NCBI GenBank assembly: GCA_965365275.1
Contig: CBDUBA010000012.1
Location: forward strand, 986-64,985
Reading direction: 5' to 3'
Length of the DNA: 64,000 nucleotides
DNA from: an uncultured Cyclobacteriaceae bacterium
GTDB taxonomy: Bacteria; Bacteroidota; Bacteroidia; Cytophagales; Cyclobacteriaceae
Under the pieces are notes generated by a model, which was not told where the DNA came from, did no database searches, and saw nothing but the letters and a program-made list of their open reading frames with translations. Made by a program: the position numbers and the translations under genes. Numbering within the stretch: the first letter of the stretch is position 1; the number at the start of each line of letters is the position of its first letter. Below are positions 18,289 through 28,475 of the stretch, in pieces.

Positions 18289-19464
18289 TTATTGTTGCTC
18301 TAACTCTGAAGTAGCTCCCAAAGCATCCAGTTTCGCTTTGGTTTCATTTACTTTTTCGTATTCTTTCATCAATGCATATAAGGTCTGCAACGTTTGTAAT
18401 GTGCTGATATCCTCAGGATTTACATCATGTGCCTTTTCAAAATATGGAACAGCTAAAGCAAATACTTCATTAGCCCTGGCTTCAACGGCCTTACCTTCTT
18501 TCTTGTATGTATCAAGATCCATATCCTGTGCTTCCTTAAGAATCTCAGCTCCCTGATTATATTTATTCACCCCTAGGTTATATAAAGCTTCAAAATATTC
18601 GGGATTTTTTTCGAGACATTTCTCATACCATTCACCGGCAGTATTATAATCTTCTGCTGCATCATATATATATCCCATCTCATAATACAGGATATAGTTA
18701 TCTGGATCTTTTTCAATGGCTGCTGAAAGGGATGCTTTAGCTTCATCGATCCTGTTTGACATGATTAGGAGTGTAATTTCATCCTGCTTAAGGTCATGAT
18801 CTTCCGGGAATTGAACTCTTGCCCGCTTAGCTGCATCCAAAGCGGCTAATGTATCTTTCACAACAGCTCTGTAAACGTAAATAATGTTCCTATGGACATT
18901 TACATCAGCCATATTATTGTCAGCAAGATAATTGAAGTTCTCTAATGCCAGTTCGGTATCATCCAACTGCTGTGCAGCGTATCCTGTATATTGCCAGGCC
19001 GTTGTATCATTAGGGAACACCATTTTTACCATATCAAAATAAGCAATAGCACCTTCATAATCACCACTCTGATATGCCTCTACTGCCCCATTAAATGAAG
19101 CACTATACAATGCAACAATCCGCTGATCTGCAAATATGTAATAGGTGCTTGACTCAGGTTCCATTTCTTTCACTTTCAGAAACGACTCAGCAGCAATTCT
19201 ATAGGCATCATCACTTAAGGATTTTACGGCCTCATCCTCTGAGTTATAGATTGTTTCATAAATTAGGCCGCGATAATACCATGTTTTAACCTTATCACTC
19301 GTTTTTTCATGTGTGGTAGCAACATCGATAATCGCTTGAGCCTCAGCCACTTCTCCCTTGTCAAGTAGTATTTTAGCCTTTTCTATCTTAGGAGTTTTCT
19401 CCTTCTGGGCAAAAGCCACACTTACGGTAAGGAGTAAAAATAAAATTAACCTGATCTTTTTCAT
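18289..19464 (-). CDS. secreted tetratricopeptide (TPR) repeat protein
   Basis: It has a signal peptide (LILFLLLTVSVAFAQ) and multiple TPR-like A/Y/L periodic repeats (e.g. YYEMGYIYDAAEDYNTAGEWYEKCLEKNPEYFEALYNLG). Confidence 0.85.
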   Translation of the reverse strand: MKKIRLILFLLLTVSVAFAQKEKTPKIEKAKILLDKGEVAEAQAIIDVATTHEKTSDKVKTWYYRGLIYETIYNSEDEAVKSLSDDAYRIAAESFLKVKEMEPESSTYYIFADQRIVALYSASFNGAVEAYQSGDYEGAIAYFDMVKMVFPNDTTAWQYTGYAAQQLDDTELALENFNYLADNNMADVNVHRNIIYVYRAVVKDTLAALDAAKRARVQFPEDHDLKQDEITLLIMSNRIDEAKASLSAAIEKDPDNYILYYEMGYIYDAAEDYNTAGEWYEKCLEKNPEYFEALYNLGVNKYNQGAEILKEAQDMDLDTYKKEGKAVEARANEVFALAVPYFEKAHDVNPEDISTLQTLQTLYALMKEYEKVNETKAKLDALGATSELEQQ

Positions 19465-19530
19465 GATTTCAAGATATTTACTTAAACAATTAGTTAGTTA
19501 CAGATATATAATATGCTATTTATCAGCATT

Positions 19531-22002
19531 TTAACTTGATTCTAAATTTTCTTCCTCAATCTTCTCTATCTTCTCTACACTGCTGATTTCGTCATTCTCA
19601 TTTAATTTGATCAACTTGACTCCCTGCGTCGCCCGGCCCATTACACGCAATGTGTTAACAGCCATTCTGATCGTAATGCCTGATTTATTAATGATCATCA
19701 GGTCATCTGTGTCAACCACTTCTTTTAAAGCAACAAGCTTGCCAGTTTTTTCTGTTATATTGATGGTTTTAACCCCTTTACCGCCCCGTCTTGTTATTCT
19801 ATAATCGTCAATTTGGCTCCTTTTTCCAAATCCTTTTTCAGAAACAACCAATAAATTTGCATCTGTGCGGTTAATACATACCATGTCCACAACCCGATCT
19901 GTTTCCCCTTCAAGTTTAACTCCCCTAACGCCAGCAGCATTCCTTCCCATTGCCCGGATATCATTTTCATGAAAATGAATAGCTTTTCCGGAACGTTTTC
20001 CAATTACAATGTGATTATCCCCGTTGGTCAATGCCACATTCAAAAGGCGGTCGCCTTCATTGATGGTAATTGCATTTATGCCGTTCTGGCGCGGCCTTGA
20101 ATAGGCTTCCAGTAAAGTCTTTTTTATGGTACCCTTAACGGTACACATCATAATATAGTTATTATTGATGTAATCTTCATTCTGAAGGTCGTGCACGTTT
20201 AATACAGCCCGTACCTTATCTTCGGGATCAATATTGATCAGATTCTGTATAGCCCGCCCTTTTGAAGTTTTTACACCTTCCGGGATCTGATATACTTTCT
20301 TCCAGAAAACTTTTCCAAATTCAGTGAATATTAGAAGATAATCATGGGCATTGGCAACAAATAGATGTTCGGTAAAATCATCATCTTTCGTGACAACTCC
20401 CTTCGAGCCCACCCCTCCCCGGCCCTGAGTCCTGTACTCTGAGGATTGTGTGCGCTTAATATACCCTTGATGAGAGATGGTAATCACCATTTCTTCATTT
20501 GGGATCATATCTTCTATACCAATTTCATCTGAATCGTGTACGATATCAGTCCTCCTCTCATCTCCATACCTCTCCTTCACAGCCATCAATTCGTCCTTTA
20601 TAATGCTCATTCTCAACGCTTTATCATCAAGAATGGCTTGAAGCTTTTTAATGAGTTCCTGGAGTTCCTTGTATTCTTCTTCTATCTTTTCGCGTTCGAG
20701 ACCGGTCAACCTTTGCAGACGCATGTCGAGAATCGCTTTTGCCTGAATCTCAGAAAGCTTGAACCGCTTCATTAAACCTTCTCTGGCCGTTTCAGGATCC
20801 CTTGATTTACGAATAAGATCTATTACTTCATCAATATTGTCCAGGGCTATGATATATCCTTCAAGAATATGAGCACGTCGTTCTGCTTCTTCAAGTTCAA
20901 ACTTAGTCCTTCTTACAACTACATCATGTCGATGACTTACATACTTGGAAATCAAATCTTTAAGATTCAATATCCGAGGTCTTCCTTTAACTAGAGCGAC
21001 ATTATTTACACCGAAAGATGATTGTAGTTGAGTATGCTTGAACAAATGATTCAATACAATGTTGGGAATAGCATCACGTTTAATATCGTATACTATCCTC
21101 AAGCCATCCCTGTCAGATTCATCTCGTATATCAGAAATGCCCTCCAGTCTCTTTTCATTAACTAACGCAGCAGTTTTTTCGATCATAGCTGCCTTATTAA
21201 CCTGGTAAGGGATTTCTGTAACTATTATCTGTTCTTTTCCCGAATTATTCGTAACAATGTCGGTTTTCGCCCTCACAACCACCCTGCCTCTTCCTGTCTC
21301 AAAGGCAGATCTAACACCCTGATACCCATATATGATTCCACCAGTCGGGAAATCAGGCCCCTTAACATATTGCATCAATTCTTCAATCTGGATATCATTG
21401 TTTTCAATATAAGCCACAATGCCATCTACCACTTCTGACAGGTTATGCGGCGGCATATTGGTAGCCATACCGACTGCAATTCCGGAAGCTCCGTTTACCA
21501 GAAGGTTTGGGAGTTTTGCAGGCAGAACTGTTGGTTCCTGTAATGAATCATCAAAATTAGGTTGAAAATCAACTGTATTTTTGTTGATATCATTCAGCAT
21601 CTCCTCGGAAATGCGCCTGAGCCTGGCCTCCGTATATCGCATGGCTGCCGGTGAATCCCCGTCAATTGATCCGTAATTTCCCTGACCATCAACCAGGGGA
21701 TATCTCAGGGACCATTCCTGGGCCATTCTGACCATTGTGTCATAAACGGAGGAATCACCATGAGGATGGTATTTACCCAGCACCTCTCCTACTATTCTAG
21801 CTGATTTTTTGTATGGCCTGTTATAGGTAACACCCAACTCAAGCATTCCATATAGCACTCTTCTATGTACAGGCTTCAATCCATCCCGTACATCTGGTAG
21901 CGCCCTGGAAACTATTACTGACATTGAATAATCTATGTAGGCACCCCGCATCTCCTCCTCAATGTTGATAGGGATAATGTTTTCGTTAGCTCCTTCTGCC
22001 AT
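19531..22002 (-). CDS. gyrA: DNA gyrase subunit A
   Basis: Active-site region [14 protein letters not shown]-type segment [10 protein letters not shown], and a GyrA-box ([10 protein letters not shown]) in the C-terminal domain. The length is 823 aa. Confidence 0.97.
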   Translation of the reverse strand: MAEGANENIIPINIEEEMRGAYIDYSMSVIVSRALPDVRDGLKPVHRRVLYGMLELGVTYNRPYKKSARIVGEVLGKYHPHGDSSVYDTMVRMAQEWSLRYPLVDGQGNYGSIDGDSPAAMRYTEARLRRISEEMLNDINKNTVDFQPNFDDSLQEPTVLPAKLPNLLVNGASGIAVGMATNMPPHNLSEVVDGIVAYIENNDIQIEELMQYVKGPDFPTGGIIYGYQGVRSAFETGRGRVVVRAKTDIVTNNSGKEQIIVTEIPYQVNKAAMIEKTAALVNEKRLEGISDIRDESDRDGLRIVYDIKRDAIPNIVLNHLFKHTQLQSSFGVNNVALVKGRPRILNLKDLISKYVSHRHDVVVRRTKFELEEAERRAHILEGYIIALDNIDEVIDLIRKSRDPETAREGLMKRFKLSEIQAKAILDMRLQRLTGLEREKIEEEYKELQELIKKLQAILDDKALRMSIIKDELMAVKERYGDERRTDIVHDSDEIGIEDMIPNEEMVITISHQGYIKRTQSSEYRTQGRGGVGSKGVVTKDDDFTEHLFVANAHDYLLIFTEFGKVFWKKVYQIPEGVKTSKGRAIQNLINIDPEDKVRAVLNVHDLQNEDYINNNYIMMCTVKGTIKKTLLEAYSRPRQNGINAITINEGDRLLNVALTNGDNHIVIGKRSGKAIHFHENDIRAMGRNAAGVRGVKLEGETDRVVDMVCINRTDANLLVVSEKGFGKRSQIDDYRITRRGGKGVKTINITEKTGKLVALKEVVDTDDLMIINKSGITIRMAVNTLRVMGRATQGVKLIKLNENDEISSVEKIEKIEEENLESS

Positions 22003-22095
22003 TAACTGTGGTTAAAATAGAAAAATTATGGACGCAAATTTACATAAAATTATATTATTACGGAGCATAATTTGGCCCTTAATTTATGAACCAAT

Positions 22096-23190
22096 CTAAT
22101 ACCCTCCGGATACTTTGCGCCGGTTCATTCTCCACCACCTGTACTTATGGAGATTGGGATAATTCTCTCCTACTTTTGGATTCTGTTTTTTATAAAAAGG
22201 CTGCCCCCGATATCCTTTATTCCCATGAATGTGTTTTTTCTGATATCGGCAGGTCTTATTGGTAAATTTTTTCGGATAATCATATCCAGGAGGGGTCTTG
22301 GCATTTAAACGGCAGCGTGGAAGCTCCGGGATGGTATATCTGAAACCAACATGAACAAACAATGCAGGATACCTGTGTCTGACACTTCCTCCAAACTCAG
22401 GTAAATCCATCTTATAACTTTTAAATTCATAGGAAGGCCTGATATAACCTTTCAAATATTCAGAAAACTCATATTCAATGGGTATTCCTATATTAAAATA
22501 CACACCCTGATTTATCAGACTTTTATCGTAGGCACCCCCCATCCATATTTTACCAACCTGTATATCGGCATAATAAGTCCAGTACATAAAATCATATACC
22601 CTGGCGCCCACTGTTCCGAAAACACGTTTCAGATTTGTGGTTTTGACATTTGGCGTATATTGCCCAAGCGCGTCAGCTCCGGTATACGGGCTCATGGTTG
22701 GCAAATGATGAAGCTCAAAAGCTGCCCCTCCCCCTACCCGGACCCGGTCAAATAAATCCACACTAATGATAAGGGTAAAAGGTATAGCCCCTGCACTCCC
22801 TTTGTATCCTAGTTTTGCGGTATCACTGAGCACTTGATTTTGCAGATCGCTCGAGGAATTTCTTGTAACAATTGCTGAATCCGGGGCATTTAACCAATTC
22901 TTATAACCAAAAAAGGATGAAGAAGAGGAATCCTGAAGGGTAAAAAGATAAAGACCATTGTCCGTGGAATCGGTTTTGTTTAATACACCATAGCCCGGAA
23001 GGTCATGCTTATAGAACGTTCTGCCATATCCACCTGTAAAGGTTATGGATATTTTGTTCAGGATCTGTCGCAACCGGCTAACCTGGGCCTCTTTCTGGGG
23101 CACATAATAATAAGGGTCGGTAACCTGACTGAGTGCGGGAGCAAACAGGATGAACAAAAGAATTAAAATAAGTAGCTTTTTTTTTACCAT
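22096..23190 (-). CDS. hypothetical exported protein, beta-barrel-like body with a very basic C-terminal tail
   Basis: It has a signal peptide (LLILILLFILFAPALSQ) and alternating aromatic/aliphatic strand-like segments ending in FVHVGFRYT. A ~75-aa K/R/Y/W-rich tail with 2 Cys follows. I recognise no family. Confidence 0.7.
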   Translation of the reverse strand: MVKKKLLILILLFILFAPALSQVTDPYYYVPQKEAQVSRLRQILNKISITFTGGYGRTFYKHDLPGYGVLNKTDSTDNGLYLFTLQDSSSSSFFGYKNWLNAPDSAIVTRNSSSDLQNQVLSDTAKLGYKGSAGAIPFTLIISVDLFDRVRVGGGAAFELHHLPTMSPYTGADALGQYTPNVKTTNLKRVFGTVGARVYDFMYWTYYADIQVGKIWMGGAYDKSLINQGVYFNIGIPIEYEFSEYLKGYIRPSYEFKSYKMDLPEFGGSVRHRYPALFVHVGFRYTIPELPRCRLNAKTPPGYDYPKKFTNKTCRYQKKHIHGNKGYRGQPFYKKQNPKVGENYPNLHKYRWWRMNRRKVSGGY

Positions 23191-23229
23191 TTAAACGGTC
23201 AATACCCCTTTTTTTTGGCCGGTTTTTGC

Positions 23230-23844
23230 TTATCTAACGTCAAAAGTATCTAAAAATTTTCTAAAAATAATGGTTTTTGACAATTCCAACTTTTCCCCTA
23301 TTTCCTGAACTTTTTTGAATTCAACTTTTGATATTTTCCTTTTGTCAGATAAATCTTCATGGGTGTCATCCCAGAAAAAGGAATGAAGGAATCGAATGAA
23401 CATATATGGGGCATTCATTAACATTTTCTTAAATTCTCTGTCGGATACTCTGGAGGCATCCGTGTCATCTCCGTCAATCAATGATTTATCAAAGGATTTT
23501 TCCATGGCCAGTTTAATGGTTTGAAAAAAATGATCTTCCCATTTCTTTGCATGCTTAACCAGAAAACTCATTGCATAAACTACCGGATCCTTTTTAAGAT
23601 AATGTCCTCCTTTTGAAATCGTTCTCGCCTTTTTGTTTAAAGCCATTTCCTCCATAAGACTTATATCGCCTGTTGAAAGGGCAATGGATATACTGGGCAT
23701 CATGATAATGAGACTCAAAAAATCGTGGTCACTGATATCAAGATGTGGCGCCTCTTTATTTCGAAAGGTATTCTTGAGATCCTGTACTGATTGAAGAACA
23801 TCATGATCTTCGAGAATGATACTTATTTCGTTGGCGGTTAACAT
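23230..23844 (-). CDS. hypothetical cytoplasmic protein (all-helical by composition)
   Basis: 204-aa ORF with no signal peptide, co-oriented 39 nt upstream of 22096..23190. I recognise no family, and there is only a weak resemblance to TerB/DjlA-N-like helical domains. Confidence 0.7.
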   Translation of the reverse strand: MLTANEISIILEDHDVLQSVQDLKNTFRNKEAPHLDISDHDFLSLIIMMPSISIALSTGDISLMEEMALNKKARTISKGGHYLKKDPVVYAMSFLVKHAKKWEDHFFQTIKLAMEKSFDKSLIDGDDTDASRVSDREFKKMLMNAPYMFIRFLHSFFWDDTHEDLSDKRKISKVEFKKVQEIGEKLELSKTIIFRKFLDTFDVR

Positions 23845-24064
23845 AATGGTCAGTATTTATCTCAGCTAAAGTTAAAATAATTAATACGCATTCCCTCAAT
23901 ATTTCTCTGGCATTTTGACGTCCGATATCGAACATTTATTACATCAAATCCGTACAACATAATTATACTAATAATTAAATTTTCTTGGAATCATCTGATT
24001 GTCAAACAATTAGACTTTTGGTATAGTTATAGTTAGAAACAGAGAGGATTGGTATGCCTAAATT

Positions 24065-24748
24065 ATGATAGAATTAAAAGAGATAAGAAAGTCCTACGAG
24101 GTAGGGAAACAGAAACTTGAAGTATTAAAAAGTATTGACTTACATATAGAGGCCGGGGAACTGGTTTCAATTATGGGATCCTCTGGATCCGGTAAGTCAA
24201 CCTTGCTGAACATAATTGGAATACTTGATGAATATGATTCGGGAGACTATTCATTGAACAATACACTGATTAAAAACCTGTCCGAACGAAAAGCCGCCTA
24301 CTATCGTAACCGGTTTTTAGGCTTTGTTTTTCAGTCCTTTAATCTTCTTTCCTTTAAAAATGCCTTGGAAAATGTAGCCTTACCCCTTTATTACCAGAAA
24401 GTGAGAAGAAAAAAACGTAATATCAAGGCTATGGAATACCTCGATATGGTTGGGCTGAAAGAATGGGCTGAGCATATGCCAAGTGAATTGTCTGGCGGGC
24501 AGAAGCAAAGAATAGCCATAGCACGGGCCTTGATTGCAGATCCGAAGGTTATCCTGGCTGATGAACCTACAGGGGCATTGGATTCACAGACTTCGTATGA
24601 AGTAATGGAGATTTTTAAAGAAGTGAATGATGCCGGAAAAACCATTCTGATCGTAACACACGAGGATGATATTGCTCACAAGACGGATCGCATTATAAAA
24701 TTAAGGGATGGAATTATTGTAGATGAAGAAATTGCGATAGCATCTTAA
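24065..24748 (+). CDS. ABC transporter ATP-binding protein (MacB/LolD-type)
   Basis: Walker A GSSGSGKST, Q-loop, signature LSGGQKQR, Walker B ILADEPTGALD and H-loop VTHE. Confidence 0.95.
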   Translation: MIELKEIRKSYEVGKQKLEVLKSIDLHIEAGELVSIMGSSGSGKSTLLNIIGILDEYDSGDYSLNNTLIKNLSERKAAYYRNRFLGFVFQSFNLLSFKNALENVALPLYYQKVRRKKRNIKAMEYLDMVGLKEWAEHMPSELSGGQKQRIAIARALIADPKVILADEPTGALDSQTSYEVMEIFKEVNDAGKTILIVTHEDDIAHKTDRIIKLRDGIIVDEEIAIAS

Positions 24749-24758
24749 CCTCAAAGAT

Positions 24759-26003
24759 ATGTTTGACCTGGATAAGTGGCAGGAGATATACTATACGATT
24801 AAGCAAAACAAGCTACGTACCTTTTTAACGGCATTTAGTGTGTCCTGGGGAATTTTTATGCTCGTTTTATTACTGGGAGCCGGAAAAGGCCTTGAGAATG
24901 GCGTTAACAAGGAATTTGAGGAAGACGCTGTCAATAGCATCTATGTGTCACCTGGGCGAACAAGTATGCCTTATAAGGGCATGAAACAAGGCCGGTATAT
25001 CAGGCTGAAAAACAGCGATTATAGTTCAACCAAATCTGAAATTGAAGGCATTGACCATATCACAGGAAGATATTATTGCTCAGGTGAATTCACCGTAAGG
25101 TATAAGGACCGGTATTCAAGCTTTTCTGTGATTGGCGTTCACCCTGATCATGCATTTATCGAAAACCAGAAAGCCTTCCAGGGCAGGTATCTTAATGAAA
25201 ATGATCATAATGAGAGAAGAAAGGTGGTCATCATGGGCACGGAAGTGAGCAAGATATTATTTAACAATGAGGATCCAATAGACAAGTGGATACATATAGG
25301 TGGTATACAGTATAAAGTGGTGGGAATATATGATGATGCCGGAGATGGTGATGAAGATCGGCGCATTTTTATCCCGATCTCAACAGCTCAACTGGCCTAT
25401 AATGGATCCAACTATATACATAATATGGTTTTCACCGTTGGTGATGCATCTGTCAAGGAAAGTATTGAAATCGTTGACAAGGTAAAAGATGATCTTTCAA
25501 ACCGCTACAAGTTTGATCCGGAGGATAGCAGGGCTTTGTTCATATGGAACAATGTGGAGAATTATCAGCGTTTCGTTAATCTCTTTAATGGTATTAAGAT
25601 CTTTATATGGATTGTAGGGATAGGTACCATAATTGCCGGTATTGTAGGAGTAAGTAATATTATGCTCATAGTAGTGAAAGAAAGAACAAGAGAAATTGGA
25701 GTCAGAAAAGCATTGGGTGCGACACCCAATTCTATTGTAGGCCTGTTTTTACAGGAAGCTATCGTAATTACCGGTATTGCCGGATACATTGGATTGCTCG
25801 GCGGAATTGGATTGATTGAATTTATTAATTACTCACTGCTTGAATTCAGTGTTGATGCGCCCTATTTCAGAAATCCCGAAATCCATCTGCAGACTGCAAT
25901 TGGGGCAACATTGTTGTTGATATTCGCAGGTGTTATTGCAGGATATATTCCGGCTAAAAAAGCCTCAAAGATCAGGCCGATAGAAGCATTGAGAGATGAA
26001 TGA
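24759..26003 (+). CDS. ABC transporter permease (MacB_PCD + FtsX)
   Basis: 414 aa with an N-terminal TM helix, a periplasmic domain, and a C-terminal FtsX module carrying ERTREIGVRKALGA. It ends with PIEALRDE. Confidence 0.92.
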   Translation: MFDLDKWQEIYYTIKQNKLRTFLTAFSVSWGIFMLVLLLGAGKGLENGVNKEFEEDAVNSIYVSPGRTSMPYKGMKQGRYIRLKNSDYSSTKSEIEGIDHITGRYYCSGEFTVRYKDRYSSFSVIGVHPDHAFIENQKAFQGRYLNENDHNERRKVVIMGTEVSKILFNNEDPIDKWIHIGGIQYKVVGIYDDAGDGDEDRRIFIPISTAQLAYNGSNYIHNMVFTVGDASVKESIEIVDKVKDDLSNRYKFDPEDSRALFIWNNVENYQRFVNLFNGIKIFIWIVGIGTIIAGIVGVSNIMLIVVKERTREIGVRKALGATPNSIVGLFLQEAIVITGIAGYIGLLGGIGLIEFINYSLLEFSVDAPYFRNPEIHLQTAIGATLLLIFAGVIAGYIPAKKASKIRPIEALRDE

Positions 26004-26043
26004 TATTAAATAGACTGCAGAATAAATTTTAAAAAAAGCAAAA

Positions 26044-27306
26044 GTGTTTGATTACGACAAATGGCAGGAAATATGGGCAACCATAAAAAAGAACAAACTT
26101 AGAACTGCTTTGACAATGTTTGGCGTTTTCTGGGGGATCTTTATGCTAATGGTCTTACTTGGTTCAGGAAATGGGCTGGAAACGGGCGTAAGAATAGGCT
26201 TTGAGAGCTGGGCGACCAATGCCGGATTCATGTGGGGAAATAAAACTACGATGGCCTATGAAGGATTCAAGCCTGGGAGATATCTTAGATTTTACAATGA
26301 AGATATTGACGCATTGCGTGAAAATGTAAAAGGACTGGACAAACTGGCTCCCCGTAATTCACTGGGAAGCTGGCGTGGTGGCAATAATGTTTTCAGAGGC
26401 AATAAATCAGGACCATTTAATGTCTATGGGGATTATCCCGATTTCCAACATATTCAAATAGTTAATATGGTCAAAGGAAGACACCTGAATGACTATGATC
26501 TCAAAGAAAAGCGAAAAGTGGCAGTTCTCGGTCAAGAGGTCGTTAACGTGCTTTTTGAATCGGATGAGGATCCAATTGGAGATTATATAAAGATTAATGG
26601 TATATTTTTCCAGGTCATAGGCGTGTTTAAATCTCTGCGAACAGACGAGATGGCGACGAGGGACATGCAGACCGTTTATATACCATTTTCCACTTTTCAG
26701 CAGGCATTTAATTATGGAAACCGGGTTGGATGGTTTTCATTTACCGCGAAAGAAGGCGTACCGGTTAGTCTCGTTGAAGAGCATATGAAGGATGTCCTGA
26801 AGAAACGTCACCATGTAAATCCTGAAGACCATGCCGCCATTGGTTCCAATAACCTGGAAGAAGAATTCGGACGAATAAACGGCCTTTTCTTCGGAATATC
26901 TCTTTTTAACTGGATTGTAGGCATCGGCACCTTGTTTGCTGGTGTGATTGGTGTGAGCAATATTATGTTAATCATCGTTAAGGAACGTACGAAAGAAATT
27001 GGCATCAGGAAATCAATGGGGGCTACTCCCCTATCAATAATATCCCTTATATTACAGGAATCTATAGTATTGACAGCTTTCGCCGGATACATCGGCCTGG
27101 TATTGGGCACATTTCTTCTGGAGGGGATTAACTATGCCATGGAAAAGTTTGATTTAAATTCCGATATGTTTGCACATCCGGGCGTTGATTTCAGGATCGC
27201 AATCACAGCATTCGGAATATTAATTATATGTGGTGCTTTTGCCGGGTTGATCCCTGCAAGAAAAGCTGCCTCAATTAGTCCCATTGAAGCGATTAGAGTG
27301 GAATAA
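26044..27306 (+). CDS. ABC transporter permease (MacB_PCD + FtsX), tandem paralog
   Basis: It has a GTG start, and its N-terminus is nearly identical in pattern to the preceding gene (MFDYDKWQEIWATIKKNKLRT versus MFDLDKWQEIYYTIKQNKLRT). It carries an ERTKEIGIRKSMGA loop and ends with PIEAIRVE. Confidence 0.92.
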   Translation: MFDYDKWQEIWATIKKNKLRTALTMFGVFWGIFMLMVLLGSGNGLETGVRIGFESWATNAGFMWGNKTTMAYEGFKPGRYLRFYNEDIDALRENVKGLDKLAPRNSLGSWRGGNNVFRGNKSGPFNVYGDYPDFQHIQIVNMVKGRHLNDYDLKEKRKVAVLGQEVVNVLFESDEDPIGDYIKINGIFFQVIGVFKSLRTDEMATRDMQTVYIPFSTFQQAFNYGNRVGWFSFTAKEGVPVSLVEEHMKDVLKKRHHVNPEDHAAIGSNNLEEEFGRINGLFFGISLFNWIVGIGTLFAGVIGVSNIMLIIVKERTKEIGIRKSMGATPLSIISLILQESIVLTAFAGYIGLVLGTFLLEGINYAMEKFDLNSDMFAHPGVDFRIAITAFGILIICGAFAGLIPARKAASISPIEAIRVE

Positions 27307-27317
27307 AATTATTTAAA

Positions 27318-28391
27318 ATGAAAACAGTTTTCAGAGTATTATTAGTATTGATATTAATAACAAGCTTTGTAGGAACCGGTTATTTCCTTTATCAGAAATC
27401 AAAAGAACCGCCTGTAGTGTTTAGTACCGAAAAGCCTTTCTATACAGATATTATCTATAAAACCGTGGCAACAGGATCAATAGTACCCCGAAAGGAAATT
27501 GATCTAAAATCTCAGGTATCAGGGGTGGTTGAGAAAATATTTGTTGAGGCTGGAGAGATTGCCAAAGAGGGTGATATCATTGCAAAGATCAAAATTATCC
27601 CCGATGTAGTGGCGCTTAACAATGCGGAAGCGAATTTGAACGCGGCCATTATCAACTATAAAAATGCTGAGAAAGAGATGAACAGGCAAAAGAAACTGTA
27701 TGATGATAAGATCATTTCAGAGTTTGATTTCAACAGGTATATGCTGGAATATAATCTCAGAAGACAGGAATTGGATGCAGCTGAAAATAATCTGGATCTA
27801 ATTAAGGAAGGTGCCTCGAAAAAATCTGGCAGTGTTTCTAACCTCGTCAGGTCAACAGCCGATGGAATGATACTTGACGTTCCGGTGAAACAGGGAACTT
27901 TTGTGATTGAATCAAATACATTCAATGAAGGAACAACCATCGCCACAGTTGCCAATATGAATGAAATGATCTTTGAGGGTAAAGTGGACGAATCAGAGGT
28001 CGGTAAATTAAAAGAAGGGATGGGCTTGCTGCTAACAATTGGTGCCCTCGATAAAGAAACATTCATGGCAGATCTGGAATACATCTCCCCGAAAGGAGTT
28101 GAAGAAGAAGGGGCCATACAGTTTGAAATAAAAGCAGCTATAAATCTTAAAGAAGGAACCTTCCTCAGAGCCGGCTATAGTGCCAATGCCGACATCGTAC
28201 TGGATAAAAGAGATAGTGTTCTGGCCATAAAAGAGAGTAACCTGATTTTTGAAGAGGATAAAATATTCGTGGAGTTGGAGACCGGAGATCAAATCTTTGA
28301 AAAAAGGGAAATTGAGACAGGACTGTCCGATGGCATAAATATCGAGATACTGAGCGGATTGGACCCCGACGATGAGATAAAAAAATTATAA
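27318..28391 (+). CDS. efflux transporter periplasmic adaptor (MFP/HlyD family, MacA-like)
   Basis: It has an N-terminal anchor helix, a lipoyl-like segment (GVVEKIFVEAGEIAKEGDIIAKI), a coiled-coil hairpin region and a beta-barrel C-terminal part. It is the last gene of the ABC operon. Confidence 0.9.
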   Translation: MKTVFRVLLVLILITSFVGTGYFLYQKSKEPPVVFSTEKPFYTDIIYKTVATGSIVPRKEIDLKSQVSGVVEKIFVEAGEIAKEGDIIAKIKIIPDVVALNNAEANLNAAIINYKNAEKEMNRQKKLYDDKIISEFDFNRYMLEYNLRRQELDAAENNLDLIKEGASKKSGSVSNLVRSTADGMILDVPVKQGTFVIESNTFNEGTTIATVANMNEMIFEGKVDESEVGKLKEGMGLLLTIGALDKETFMADLEYISPKGVEEEGAIQFEIKAAINLKEGTFLRAGYSANADIVLDKRDSVLAIKESNLIFEEDKIFVELETGDQIFEKREIETGLSDGINIEILSGLDPDDEIKKL

Positions 28392-28427
28392 ACTGGTTCA
28401 GTTATCACCAGCATAAATGATCAATAA

Positions 28428-28451
28428 CCTGGAGTTTTATTAAATTCCAGG
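28428..28451. terminator. weak hairpin between convergent genes
   Basis: cctgga(g)-N-(t)tccagg forms a 6-7 bp stem between 27318..28391 (+) and 28476..28922 (-). There is no clear U-run on either side. Confidence 0.4.
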
Positions 28452-28475
28452 CTATTGATTCAATTTTTCAAAATA

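Noticed and set aside
27656-28117. 153-aa antisense ORF inside the MFP adaptor gene
   Set aside because: Its S/P-rich low-complexity translation has no start context, and the sense frame is a clear HlyD-family protein.
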